The position numbers and the translations under genes were made by a program. Shown piece by piece: positions 43,941 through 60,160 of a stretch of DNA of 64,000 bases; the first letter of the stretch is position 1, and the number at the start of each line of letters is the position of its first letter. A model generated the notes under the pieces. That model saw nothing but the letters and a program-made list of their open reading frames with translations. It was not told the origin of the DNA and did not search any database. This stretch comes from Salpingoeca rosetta. Its lineage: Eukaryota; Protista; Choanoflagellata. Location: positions 93,873 through 157,872 of the forward strand of contig JAWQFM010000003.1 in NCBI GenBank assembly GCA_033442325.1, given 5' to 3'.

Positions 43941-45306
43941 ACCACGTGATTATTGCATTGTTCAGGAGAACGAGGAGACGGATGCGGATGCGTCGCTGAT
44001 CATGTTCAGCGAGCACGGGCAGCCCATCGACAGCGTGTACCATCTTGTCCGCCACAGCAAGGACAACGCCATCAAACACATGGGTGACATGGGTGAGGAG
44101 ACAGACGCTGAATACTTCACCTTCGACCTCCCAAAGCTGGCAAAGGTGCGCTGCGTGCGTGTGTGTGTGTCGCGTGCCTGTCAAGTTTGTGTTGTGTTGT
44201 TCAACAGCGCACTTGCTGTGCCAAATCATTTGCACGACACCACGCACCATCCACACACCATACTCACACCACTCTCCTCAACAATGTACACATCTGTATG
44301 CAACGCACGCCAGAATGTGGATGTGATTGGGGTGGTGCTGAACGTGGCGACGGATGGAGAAAGCCTGGAGCACACAGAGGCGTGTGGCATTCGCATTTAC
44401 CCATCAACTGGCGACACCAACGGTGGTGCTGGTGGTGGTGGCGCAGACAGCGCAGACAAGAAGGAGGAGGAACAGGAAGAAGAAGCAGGGGGTGACCAGG
44501 AGAAGAAGGACGATGAAGGCGAGGGCGGTGGCGATGACAAGGAGGGTGGTGACGAAGAAGAAGAAGAAGACAAGAAAGAAGAAGAAGACAAGGCAGAAGG
44601 TGACAAGGAAGACGAGGAAGATGGTGAGGATGGTGATGAGGGCGATGAGCAACAGAGCAGCAAGCCTGCATCGAAGAAGCCCTCCATGGCGCCACCTGCG
44701 ATGGTGCCGCCAAAGGCCCCGCCCGTCCTCACCATGAGCCTGGATGCGCATCTCATTGACAAGCATGAGGTGCTCATGACGCTGCTGCACCGTGATCAGG
44801 AGGACCCGGACCTGTGGCACATTGTCGGTGTTGGCGAGCAAGTCAAGGGCGAGTGGCGCGAGAAGGAAGAGTCACAGAACTTTCTCAACGCACTGCCGCT
44901 GGGCCAGCGCTACATTGAGCTGCTTGGCATCCGCCACGTGGACCACAGCGGGGAGAAGGTCATGCACCCGTTTAAGATGGTTCCTGGCGACTTTCTTGAA
45001 GTGCCGGCCCTTGCGGTGGAGCACCCTGTCGTCATTGGCATGGGCTGGGATGTCGATCCAGATGTCGCCATGGATTTGGACTGCGGGCTTGCCGTTTACT
45101 CAAAGGGACAGGTCAGTGTGTGCACGATGATGGCAGCGCGGCGGTGATGATGTTGGAGAGGCGGGTGGGTATGCAGTGGAACGTGATTTGCAGTGGTGAC
45201 TGGTAGCTGACGGCTGGCAGCCGTGGTTGTGGCCCATGTGCTTGAAAGATCTTGACTTGACTTGTTCTTCCTCGTTCTCACCGTTCTCACACATTTCTCT
45301 GCACAC

Positions 45307-45397
<91 letters not shown>

Positions 45398-46081
45398 TGT
45401 CCACAGCGAACGGACTACTGCGACTTTGAGAAGTTGGTGTCGAACGACAAAGCCATTGAGCACCAGGGCGACAACCGTGATGGCGAGGGCGAAGGCGATG
45501 ATGAGAGCATCATTGTCGAGTTCAGCAAGCTCGATCCAGAGACAGACACGCTGTTCCTGTACGCTGCCGTGTATGAGGGCGGTGCTCTGCGTGATGTGGA
45601 GAATGTTCATATTCGCATGCTCAGCAAACGCGGCGGAAAGCAGAAGGTGGGAATGCTGATTGCTGCTGCTGCTGTTTGGGTGTGGTTGTTGTCGTGGCTG
45701 ATTGCTGTTTGCTGTTGCGTCGTCGTTTGTGGTGGTTTGCTTGATGTGTCCGGTTGGGCTTAATTTGGCTTGTTGTTGGATGTGCTTGTTTGGTGTTTTC
45801 TGTGTTGCCTGCTGGGGTGCTTGCTTATGTGCATGTGTGCCTCCACACACTCGCTCACGTACTCCCGACCCCATGTCCATCCCCAAACGCCGCAATCACA
45901 ACAACAGGAGATCTGCCGGTTCTCGCTCGACTGGCTGGCCAAGGTTGAGGACGACACTGCCGTCATCCTGGCCAAAATCTCGCGTACACCCGAGGGGGCG
46001 TGGCTCTTCCAGACCATTGGCACCACGGCACCTGGCAGGACCATCGAGGAGCTGGAGAGCAGGCTCACAGAGCTGCTCTGA
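41558..46081 (+). CDS. Dpy-30 motif + coiled coil + dynein MTBD-like region + two TerD domains (10 exons)
   Basis: [34 protein letters not shown] (Dpy-30); GMGWD...DLDCG...[19 protein letters not shown]...EICRFSL...GAWLFQTIG (TerD); a degenerate first TerD (DADASLIMF...AIKHMGD). All nine GT-AG junctions keep frame. Confidence 0.8.
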
Positions 46082-46820
46082 TGACCCTCTGCGATGCTTT
46101 TGTTGACACTACGAATGATAGCTGATCGCACCTGCGTCCAATGAGCATTGGTGTTGCTGTATGACATGTTTCACAGCTCAGTGCGTTCTGTTTGTAATGG
46201 TGCAGGCGCGACGTTTGTGTTTTTGATGTGTTTATGTGCTCGTTGTTGTTGTGTGTTTGCATATGTGCATGTGCGTTTCGCTTGCTTTTGGTTGCGCTGT
46301 TGATACACTGCTGCTTGTTGTCGTTGTTCCTTGCCAGAGAATGAATGCATAAACGTCAGTCGAATTGCACTCATGATATGGGGGTGTTCAGAAGAGGCGG
46401 TGGCATGTCTGCACGGCGAACGGCAAACGGTCAGAACATGAAAGCAATCACGGTTGGAGTGACATAATATACATAATGTAACGTAATGTAACTTCAGAAC
46501 AAGGAGGAAAGGAAGGAAGTTGTAACATACCAGCATGCTGGTGGGAGGGATATCAGCAAACCGTGTTCGTGTCATGTGATATTGGCACACAAACACGTAT
46601 GTGCTTTGAGACGGAAGAGTAGAGGTCGCATTGCTTTTCGGGAACAAGAAGAAGGGGCGGGGGGAAGAGACTGTGCGAAGAGACGAGGCTGCCAGCACAG
46701 ACACACACACACACAGGTACAGACACACACAGGTACAGACACACACACACACACACACACACACAGGTACAGAGAGACACACACACACACAGGTACAGAC
46801 ACACACAGGTACAGACACAG

Positions 46821-46901
<81 letters not shown>

Positions 46902-46937
46902 TACAGACACAGACAGACAGACAGACACAGGTACACA

Positions 46938-49029
46938 TCAGGAGCGGTTGATGCGGGGTGAGGGCGGTGTTGGCAGCTGGCGAACAGCGGTCGGTGGTGT
47001 GTGCATGTGTTGATCGCGATGACCGCCGCGGACACCAGCGCCTTTCTTCCTTCTCGGCGCAACTGCCGCTGCCGTTGCCCTTGATGCCGGGCTCATGCCG
47101 TCACCACCACCATCAACACGACCACCGTCACCAACGTGGCGCCCAGCAGCCCTGTGCGGATCAGCATCGTCCTCGTTGTCATCAACACCAACATCCTGAC
47201 CACGCATGGGGCCACTCTGTGCACCGTGGTCACGGCCATCCACGCCCAAGCCATGGTGGCCGGTGGTGCTGTCACCGCTGCTGCTGTTGTCGTTGTTATT
47301 GGTGTGATGGCTTCGACCCGTGCTGGTAGTCTCGTATCTCTCCCAGCTCCTGCGCACGCGGTGGTTGGAGGAGAGCACGGGCCCGCGTGGTGGCGATGGC
47401 CGATATGCCTCATCACCGCCATCCCGATGATGGTGGTGATGGTGGTGGTGGTGATCAGGTGACGCCTGGTGTTGTGGTCTTCTCTTGCTGGTGTCAGTGC
47501 TGTTGCCACCACTCAATACTTCCCCGCCTTCCCTGCTGCCGTGTATGCGCCCATGCAAAGAGGGCGGTGGCGGCGATGATGTTGGTGACGGTGATGATGG
47601 CGCGATGGGCGGCACGACCGGGTAGTTGGCTGAGCCCAGCCGCCTGCGTCCAGACCCCCGCGCAGATGCAGACACGAGCCGCAGCCGCTCCGTCTCCCGC
47701 TGTATGTACTCGGCATCGGTGCCCACACCCGCAGTTGTTGGCGACGCTGCCGGGCGCGCGTATCTGCGGTGGCGCGTGCGTGACGCGCGCGTGGACTGGC
47801 GGGGATCCCGGGGCGGCGACATATCCGCCACAACGACACCACCACCGCCGCCGCCGCTGCTGTTACCAGCGGTGCTGCGGAGTGGGGATGTGACAGACGG
47901 GGTGCGCAGGCGACGGGTGGCGGAGGGTGGTGTTGCTGGCGATGTTGGGGAGAGTGGGGATGACCCGGGCTCGTGTGGCGCTGACGGTGACGGTTGTGTT
48001 GTTCGCGAGTGCCGTGGACCGCCCACGGCGTGCGGAGGGCGGGGACTGGCAAGCGTTGTGACGCTGTTGGGCGTTCTCGATCCAGATGAGCTTGTGCGCT
48101 GTGCAGTGTCGGGAGATGCCGCGTGGTCTTGGCTGTTGGCGGCATGGTGCTTGGCTGGCGATGGTGTTGCGCGAGCGTTTCGCAGTTGCATGACAAGCTC
48201 GGCTTGGCGGCGGGAGTATCGCGAGTTGTCGTCGCGTAACCGCTGCACCTCTTGTTCCAGGGCGGCGCATTGCTTGTGCAGACTTGTCTGTTCCGTTGTC
48301 ATTGTGCGGATGACGGCGTCTCGCTCCGCCACTGTCTCGTCCATGGCGGCCAGCTTGGCCCGAAGCATGTTGAGCTCTTGCTCTAGCGCATGGCGTGCTT
48401 GTTGGTGTGCGTGGCACTGCTGCTCCAACGCCTCGATCTTTGCTTCCTGTGCTGCTGTTGCGTTACAGGACGGTGGTTGTGAGGGCGTGTGTGCGTGTGT
48501 GTGTGTGTGTGTGAGTGTGTGAGTGTGCATGTGCATGTGCATGTGTGTGTTTGTTTGTGTGAGTGTGCATGTGTGTGTTGTGTGCGTGCGTGTGTGTGAG
48601 GCGATAGGCAGGAGATTCATATGTCACCAACCTGCAGTTGTCGGTTCTGGTTGTTGTTGTTGTTGTTGCTGTTCCGTGTCTGCATCTTGCAACAGCGTCA
48701 ACTTGTAGTTCAGATCTACATGCATACATGATACGGGCATGCGTGTGGGTGTGAGTGGTGTTCAAGCTGTCGTGTTAAAGCCATGCGAAGGAGGCCCACC
48801 AGGCAAAAGCCCGCAAGCAAGCGAAGAAGAGCGCAGAGGAGGACGGGGGAGGGCCCAGCCAACGCACGCAAACACAGCAAGGCGGGCACCACCACACCGA
48901 ACCTGTGTTCTTGTCTCGGAGTTGGGCAATCTCCTTGCGTAGCGCCTCCAGTGTCTTCTTATGCTCCGTCTTGAGGAACTCAATGACGGAGGAGGCGACC
49001 TCATCATCGTTGCCGCGTCCTGCCGGCAT
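46938..49029 (-). CDS. CCDC92/CCDC74-family coiled-coil protein with disordered S/P/R-rich tail
   Basis: SVIEFLKTEHKKTLEALRKEIAQLRDKNT|DLNYKL matches the CCDC92/74 N-terminal motif (FLQxEHxxTLxGLHxEIxxLQxxCxDLxxEL). Confidence 0.65.
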
Positions 49030-49203
49030 CTCTCCCAATACCAGGCCGCAACTGTGGTCGTGGTCGGTGGTTGTTGTTGTTGTGAAGCAGCAGAGGAGGA
49101 GCAGGCAGGAATCAAAACAAAACTCGAGAAAAGGAATGCACAAAGCAGAAAAACAAGCGAAGCAACAACAGAGGACAGCAGCGCCCAACCCACGTGTGCC
49201 ACC

Positions 49204-49298
<95 letters not shown>

Positions 49299-49610
49299 NN
49301 NNNNNNNNNNNNNNNNNNNNNNNNNNNNNNNNNNNNNNNNNNNNNNNNNNNNNNNNNNNNNNNNNNNNNNNNNNNNNNNNNNNNNNNNNNNNNNNNNNNN
49401 NNNNNNNNNNNNNNNNNNNNNNNNNNNNNNNNNNNNNNNNNNNNNNNNNNNNNNNNNNNNNNNNNNNNNNNNNNNNNNNNNNNNNNNNNNNNNNNNNNNN
49501 NNNNNNNNNNNNNNNNNNNNNNNNNNNNNNNNNNNNNNNNNNNNNNNNNNNNNNNNNNNNNNNNNNNNNNNNNNNNNNNNNNNNNNNNNNNNNNNNNNNN
49601 NNNNNNNNNN
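49299..49610. other. Assembly gap (other gaps at 51387-51486 and 62043-62443)
   Basis: Runs of N flanked by microsatellites. Confidence 0.99.
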
Positions 49611-49619
49611 ACGTACGTA

Positions 49620-49697
<78 letters not shown>

Positions 49698-49741
49698 CAC
49701 ATACATGCACACACACACACATACATGCACTGATGGGGCAG

Positions 49742-50165
49742 GAACTCTGGGATGGTGCTTGGGAAGAAGTTCATGGTTGCCGTGCGCACCACACTGCGAC
49801 TGGAGGTGCCGGTGGCCCATGACGGCGTGCTGATGGTCGACCGTCCCTATGTGGAGCATCTCGTTGCGCTGACCAACAGCATGTTTGCCACCAACTTTGC
49901 GCGCATCGCCCGCGTGACTGCTGCGATTGCGGCGTTCTTCAAGCAGCTCGAGGATGCCAAGATGAAGGCCGAGGAAAAGGCCCGCGCAAAGGAACTCAAG
50001 AGGCAGCGCGGCTTGGCGGCGGTGCGCAGTGTGATGTGATGCATGTGTACGTGTGCGTGCGTGTGCCTGTGCGTGCGTGTGTGCGCATGTTTATGTATGT
50101 GCGCATGTGTGTGGTCATGTGTGTGGTCATGTGTGTGTGGTCATGTGTGTGGTCATGTGTGTGGT

Positions 50166-50229
<64 letters not shown>

Positions 50230-50458
50230 AATTGCCGGCTGATCTTGCTTATCTGCGTTGCCGTTGCCACTGACATCGATTCATCCAACCCCCCCCCCCC
50301 CACACACGTACACACAGCAGAAGCAGCAGGCAGCGAGCTGCAAGTCAAGGGCAGCGGAAGCGGGCAGTATTGCATCTGAACCAGAGCAAGGCGACAGCAG
50401 CAGCAGTGGTGGTGGTGTTGGTGGTGATGCTGCTGTGTTTGATTTGTTTGATTCATAG
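49742..50458 (+). CDS. TYW3: tRNA wybutosine methyltransferase TYW3, 3' exons (5' part probably in the N gap)
   Basis: RNSGMVLGKKFMVAVRTTLRLEVPV...YVEHLVALTNSMFATNFARIAR matches the TYW3 C-terminal half. Confidence 0.8.
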
Positions 50459-50853
50459 CAGCGTCGCATGTATGGATGTAACAAACCAGTGGGCAGGTGC
50501 TTTTGGCTGCTCCGTTGGCTGTGGCTGTGTTGGGTCAGGATGTTTATTGGATGATGAGCGAACTATGGTCTTTGCAGGTGCACGTGCGCGTGTGTGTACA
50601 GAAGCGCGTAGACAGTTAAGAACAGGCGATGAATAAAGGCACGCAAGGCACACCAACAATGTCAGGGCCGCAGCAAGCATGCGTTGCAAGCAAGCGTTGC
50701 AAGCAAGTCTGGGCACACTATCAACCCAAGGAGGGGGCGGGGTGGAGAACACAATACAGGCAGACAGACAAGCAAGCAAGCAAGCAAACAGGTATGCAGA
50801 CACAAGCGAGCGAAGTGTAGCAAGCGAGCAAGGGATGGCGGGGTTGACAACAG

Positions 50854-51327
50854 CTATTGCGACGATGCCGTCCTGCTCGGTTGTTGCTGTTGTTGTGGTG
50901 CAGATGCTGCTGTTGGTGCTGTGTCTGGTGTTTGCGCGTATCCGAGCTTGGCCCAGTCTTCCTTTGCCATGAGCTGCTTCTCCATCCGGCACTGGAGGTA
51001 TGCCTTGGACTCTACACGGCACTTGCGCCCGTTGTTGTTGTTCTTCCGCAGGCACTCCAAGAACACCTTCATCGACTGCTTGCACTCGCCTGGTTCCGAG
51101 GGGAGAGGAGGAGGTGGGGGGGGGGGAGAGAAGGAGGAATGAGGTGGTGCAGGTGTTTGGAGGGGGGTAAAGGGAAAGGTGAAGACGCAGAGAGGCGGAG
51201 GGGCAGAGGGACAGAGTCAGAGACACACACAGACACAGACACACACAGGGACACACACACACACACACAGACACACACACACACACACAGACACACACAC
51301 ACACACACAGACACACACACACACACA

Positions 51328-51386
<59 letters not shown>

Positions 51387-51486
51387 NNNNNNNNNNNNNN
51401 NNNNNNNNNNNNNNNNNNNNNNNNNNNNNNNNNNNNNNNNNNNNNNNNNNNNNNNNNNNNNNNNNNNNNNNNNNNNNNNNNNNNNN

Positions 51487-51553
<67 letters not shown>

Positions 51554-51632
51554 CGTCGTGGTCGAGGGGAAAGCTGCCCTTGTCAGGCGGTGTCGCCTGA
51601 AAGGTCTTGCTCCCTGCATTTGGCATCCCCAT
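50854..51632 (-). CDS. COX19: Cytochrome c oxidase assembly factor COX19 (twin CX9C)
   Basis: TPPDKGSFPLDHD|GECKQSMKVFLECL...CRVESKAYLQCRMEKQLMAKEDWAKLGY. Confidence 0.96.
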
Positions 51633-51893
51633 CTCCACTGTGCTGCAGGTGTGCAGGTGTGTTGTGTCGTTGCTTGCTTCTTGACTCGCTTGCTTGTGTG
51701 TGTGTGTGTGGCGCAACGCTGCGAAATGTGCGCGAAGATGACGATGACAATTGCTCATTTCTCTCCACACACTCCTCCGCTTACACACAACACTGCACAC
51801 CACTTTGCACACCACGTTACACACCACTTTGCACACCACGTTACACGCTGCACCACACGCTGCACCACACGCTGCACCACACGCTGTGCCGCC

Positions 51894-54246
<2,353 letters not shown>

Positions 54247-54254
54247 CCGTGGCA

Positions 54255-54359
<105 letters not shown>

Positions 54360-54641
54360 ATGTGTATGTGTGTGTGTGTGCATGTGTGTGCATGTGATTT
54401 TCTGGTGGTAGGGTTGAGTGCAGATGCGCGTGTGTTGTACACATGATGATGCTGTGGTGCGTTGTAGGGGCTTTAAGGGAGCATTGAACGAAACCAAAAC
54501 TCAAGAGCAAGTTTGAACCCATGCTGCAGCGCCAACAAACAACAAGCAAACACAAATACACAACAAGCAAACACACATGCACACACGCACGTGCATTCGC
54601 AGAGGCCACAAGTGCGTATTGCCACACACGGGGGGCAGCGC

Positions 54642-55162
54642 TCAGTTGTTGCGGTCGAGGACCATGGTGACAGGCCCTTGCTGCTCACCGCTCGTGTGCA
54701 CGCGCGCAGTGACAACACCATCAGCGCTGGACGTGTCGTTGCGCGTGGTGGTGGTGCGGGTGAGGCGCACGTACACGCTCTCGTGCGGGCTGAGCGGGAC
54801 GGTGAGCGTGCCCTTGGCGGTGCCCATGCTGCGCTGCTTGAGGATGTTGTTGACGGTGACGGTGGCGGAGGAGGGCAGGCCGAGCCAACCAAGGTCCATC
54901 GTCACATTCGCCCGCCTGGCAAACAACATATTTAGCGGGAGGCAAGGCGGTGGGGGATGAGGGGTGAGGGGGAGCGTGACTCGCTCGCGTATTTCACACG
55001 CGAACGCAGACGCATGTCCAGGCATGTGTGTGTGCATGTGTGTGTGCATGTGTGTGCATGTGTGTGTGCATGTGTGTGTGTGTGTGTGCATGTGCGTGTG
55101 CACGTGTGTGTGTGTGCATGTGCGTGTGCACGTGTGTGTGTGTGTGCAGGTGTGTGTGTGTG

Positions 55163-55195
<33 letters not shown>

Positions 55196-55399
55196 CGTAC
55201 CCTGAGTCTGCGAGGTTGATGAGGACGGCTGCGTATGTGCCGTCGGAGAGCTTGCGGCCAAAGACGGGGCAGGTGGGCGCATCGCCGTCGCCGCCAGACG
55301 CGCACACGGGATCCCGGGTGTCACTGGTGATCATGGTGATGATGGTGGTGGTTGGTTGGTTGGTTGGATGTGAGCAGGAGGAAGCGACTGACACCAGTC

Positions 55400-55431
<32 letters not shown>

Positions 55432-55973
55432 CGCACACACACACACACACGCACGCACGCACACATGCGCAGACACACAGAGATACACACACACACACAC
55501 AGATACACGGATGGACGTACGATCCGATGAGTTTTCCGGCGGCGGACGTGTAGTCCTGGTTGATGGCGATGGCCTCCTTGTTGAGAAGACACTCCGTCAT
55601 GATTGCGGTCATGTTGCGAATGTCCGTGGCAACAATCAGCGGCGAGGACGCAATCGACCACACGCTGAACGTCTGCACACACATCATACACACATGCGCC
55701 GTAGCAGCGATGTGTTACTTGCGCCCCGTGTCATGCAACAACAGCGAGCAGCAGAAGTATGGACCAACACGCACGCGCAAAGCTCACACCACCACCATCC
55801 AAGCACGCCCCTTTAAACCACCACGACGCCCCAATGACAGCATCTCAGCCATCGTGGTCGGATATCGCCACGTACGGTGCGGTATTCGTCGTCTGTCTGG
55901 CGCGGGCAGTGCAGGGACGCGTTGACGTTGCACCCGGGACCGCCCGTCATCAGGAAGTCGCCGTAGTTCCTGA

Positions 55974-56058
<85 letters not shown>

Positions 56059-56496
56059 AGAGGGGGTAAGTGGTGTGGTGAGTGGTGCGGTGTGTGAGTG
56101 AGTGAGTGAGTAAGTCGTGAATGAGCAAGGACGGAGAGCACGCACATCAGTTGCACGACGGCGTGCACGACAACAGCAAGTCAGCCAAGGGAGGAATAAC
56201 TGACCATGCGTGGGGCACGGAAGGGTTGGACGGGTTCATAAACGCTTGGATGACCGTCTTGATATCGTGTACACCATGTCGTTGAATGCAAAGGAGTGAG
56301 CTGTCACATGTTCGCAACGAAAGAAGAGCGGAACAGACCCGAGCTGCACAAGCATGTGTGTGTTAGTTCACCTTGCTGTTGCTCCACTCGTCCTGGTGGT
56401 CACCGGTTGCACGCCAGCTCTGGGCAACCTGATGTACACACAGACACACATAAAAAAAGGGAGACAGAGACAGACACACACGCAAACACACACGCA

Positions 56497-56558
<62 letters not shown>

Positions 56559-58176
56559 GACAGACAGACACACACACACACACACACGCAAAGGTCAGCG
56601 CACAAAGATTATGTCCCAACACAGTCGCCTGCATTCAATATGCGTCCCCGCGCACAACACTCACTCCATCACACCCGCTTCGCCAGGCACAGCCATTCCT
56701 CTCCCCAACATCCCGCATAGCACGACGTGTGCCTGACCTCGGCGACGTATGGCGGGATGGGGTCGTACGAGTAGCCGCGGCAGAGCTCGAGCCAGATGGG
56801 CCGGCCCGTGGCATTCAGCGCATTTGACAGCTCTGTGTGCTGCAGCTTCGAGTCGAACAGGTCGTGCCCGCACCAGTCCACCTTCACGTAGTCCATGTGC
56901 CACGAGGCGAAGGTTGCTGCGTCCTCCTTGTAGTGGCCAAAGGAGCCTGGGATGTCCTTGGGGCGGCCGCCGCGGTTGCACGTGGCAGAGCCCATGCTCG
57001 TATACAGCCCAAACTTGAGGCCCTTCTTGTGCAGCCAGTCGGCCATGGCCCGCATGCCGGAGGGAAAGCGGTCGGGGTCTGGCTGGATGTTGCCTTGGGC
57101 GTCACGCTCCGTGGCGGCCCAGCAGTCGTCAAGGTTGATGTAGCGGTAGCCGAGGTCGTACATGCCGTTGGTCAGCATGGCCTCGGCAATGTCGCGGATC
57201 TCCCACTCGTTGCATCTTGGTGGCAGTGGGACGTGGGCGCATTTCAGGGCGGGTGATTGTGAGTTGGGCTTGCAAGAGCGCGGTGTTGAAGATATAAAAA
57301 AAAAAGAAGAAGAAGAAGAAGAAGAAGAAGAAGAAGAAGAAGAAGAAGAAGAAGAAGAAGAAGAAGAAGAAGAAGAAGAAGAAGAAGAAGAAGAAGAAGA
57401 AGAAGAAGAAGAAGAAGAAGAAGAAGAAGAAGAAGAAGAAGAAGAAGAAGAAGAAGAAGAAGAAGAAGAAGAAGAAGAAGAAGAAGAAGAAGAAGAAGAA
57501 GAAGAAGAAGAAGATCTCGCGTGCCACGAAGACAGTCAGATAGAACGCGCACAGATAAAGATACTCACCGGTCAAAGTACTTGTTGTCGCCGTTGTGGCA
57601 GTCTTTGTGTTGGAAGGGCCAAGAAGACGCAATCATGAGATTGGGGGTGAAGTGATGAAGGAAGCATAAGTAGCAAAATAACCAAAGCAGCAGCAGAAAT
57701 CAAAGCTCGATACTCGTCAAACAAGGAGACGTCACGGCAAAGTAGTCGCCGTACCACTGAGGGTGCACCAAGTGTTCCAGCCCTGTGCGAAGGAAAACAA
57801 TAAAACACACACACATCCGGTCCCATGCAGCCGCCAAACAGCCAAATGGAAACAGAACGGTCAGAAGCAACACAGTGGGACAAGCCTTTCAGCGAACCTC
57901 ACAGAACCCCATCTGAAAACAGCTCCACTGCAGCCTGTCAACACCACGACACGCACCAAACAACAAACGACAAACCGCCACACGCAAGCAGCCACGACAA
58001 ACCAGGACAAATTGCCATGCAACACGAGATACCGAACATAATAAACGCACCATGGCTGGCTTCAGGGCAACGCCATTGTCGTAGGCCAGGGAGGTGGCTG
58101 GCAGACAAGCCAGCACCCCAACAACAGCAAGTAGCACCACAGGCGGCTGAGCCCGCATCATCATCATCCTCATCAT
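54642..58176 (-). CDS. GH27 alpha-galactosidase / alpha-N-acetylgalactosaminidase, secreted or lysosomal
   Basis: Signal peptide; [10 protein letters not shown]|[32 protein letters not shown] (nucleophile), SWRATGD (acid/base), [17 protein letters not shown]. Confidence 0.93.
57304..57513. repeat. Pure (GAA)n tract of about 70 units following an A-run, inside a GH27 intron
   Basis: Read directly from the sequence. Confidence 0.97.
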
Positions 58177-58240
58177 CACTGCCGTCGTTACTGGAGGAGG
58201 ATACGGAAAATATGTGAATAATTTACATGAACTTTCACAG

Positions 58241-58929
58241 ATGTTGTGGGCGTTGGGGAAGAGGTTTGTGGTGACGGCTGTGGCTGCTGGCTGCAGCATC
58301 CACATCACCACCACCTACATCGGCAACCTCACAGTGGTGCGTTGTGCGGTCTTATGTGTGTGCGTGCTCTGTGCGTGCTCTGTCTCTATGTGCGTGCGTT
58401 TTGTGTGTTTGGCGTTTGGTGTGCGTTTGTGTGCGTGTGATTTGCAGTGGTCGTTTGATTTGCAGTTGTGTCCTGTGCGCGTTTATTGTGCTTGTTGTGC
58501 TGTGCGCGTTTGTTGTCCTTAGTGTGCTTTGTGTGCTTTGTGTGCGGTTGGAGTACATGTGTTTTCACCACGGCAACATCATGGTGTGGATGGTGGTGCT
58601 GTGTGTTAGAGCAAAGGGCCTTCGATGATGCCGACAATCAATCCCAGCGGAGATATCTTACTCACAGAGACCATCACCCCTCGAATGGGCAAGCTGCAGC
58701 GGTACGTGTGCCTTGCGTCCATAGCGTTGTTTGCTTCCTTTGCGTTGTTTGCTTCCTTTGCGTTCTTGCTACTTTCTGTACTTGCTTATGCTTGCAGTGC
58801 TGCACAGCAGCCTGGTACTTTGACTCATCCTGCAGGCCCTGTGCGTTTCTTCCTCAACAGGGGCGACGTGATTGTGGCCAAGTCCGTCACCAATCCAAAG
58901 AGCCTCGTCTGCAAGCGGATCATCGCCAT

Positions 58930-58986
<57 letters not shown>

Positions 58987-59576
58987 ATGTGTATTTTGGC
59001 CCAACCTTACTTTCCTTCCTGCCTGCTGGTGTGATTATGGGGTGTTGGACTTCACTTCACCCCATCCCGCCCCAGCTTCCCTCCCCGTCTCATCGTTTCC
59101 TTCCCGAACTCCACTCCTTTTCTTCGTGGTGCAGGAAGGGGAGCGTGTGTGCGTGAACCCCACTGGCTTTCCAAAGCGCTTCCGCACGGTGCCGCGCGGG
59201 CGTGTGTGGCTGCAGGGCGACAACCTGTCCAACTCCACAGACTCTCGCACCTACGGCTTTGTTCCGCTTGCCCTCGTCACATCACGCGTCGTGGCCAGGG
59301 TGCGTGTGCGTGCATGTGTGCGTGTGTGTATGTGTGATTGCAAGCATATAGACGCGAATGCGAAGGTTGTGACGAACGTGCGTACTCTCACGCACTCACT
59401 CACTGACACACTCACTCACTCACTGACACACTAACTCACTGACACACTCACTCACTCACCCACTCACTGATTATGTCTTCCCACTCCTTCCTTCCTCCCA
59501 CAACCTGTTATGCAGGTGTGGCCGCCGCAGCAATTCAAGTTCATTGAGCGCGAGCTCCCCCAATTCCTCCCATCGC

Positions 59577-59611
<35 letters not shown>

Positions 59612-60160
59612 CCATCACAACACTGCGAAGAGAGCATGACAGCAGCAATCAAGAAGAGCAGCAGCAAGGAGAAGGAACAGGGCCAAGCTGCTTGCACGAG
59701 GCCAGGGGAGCACACGTCAGTGCAGGAAGAGGGCAGTGGTGACGCAACTAGTCCGGCGGTTGGAGACAGTACCACGCAGCCAGGGTTGCGAAGACACGGA
59801 CCAAAGAGTAATGCCACCACCTCTGGCCAGCATCGGGCTGTGGTGGCACAAATCACTGCCGACAACAAGCAGGAAGGCGACGACAGGCCGCCCCTTGAGC
59901 CGCAAAGGCAGCAAGGGCGCGGGCTTGGAGGTGGTGGCGATAGCGATAGTTGTGGTGCTGATGGTGTTGTTGTTGTGGTTGGAGCGACGGAGGAAGAGGG
60001 CGAGGTTAACAAAGGCGGACAGGTGCCGCAGCAAGCTGACGGTGCTACAAGGGTGGCGGAGGGCGAGAGAATCGAGGTGTGCAGTGGTGGTGATTATGAC
60101 GGCCACAACAGGGGCCATGGTATCGATGGTGGTAACAGCACGACGCCTGCTGTGAGATAG
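58241..60160 (+). CDS. IMMP1L: Mitochondrial inner membrane peptidase subunit 1 with long C-terminal extension
   Basis: GPSMMPT (catalytic Ser), GDVIVAKS...VCKRII (catalytic Lys), [30 protein letters not shown]. Confidence 0.9.

Noticed and set aside
44264-46081. Bacterial contamination or ter operon
   Set aside because: TerD exons are interrupted by host-style GT-AG microsatellite introns and fused in frame to eukaryotic domains.
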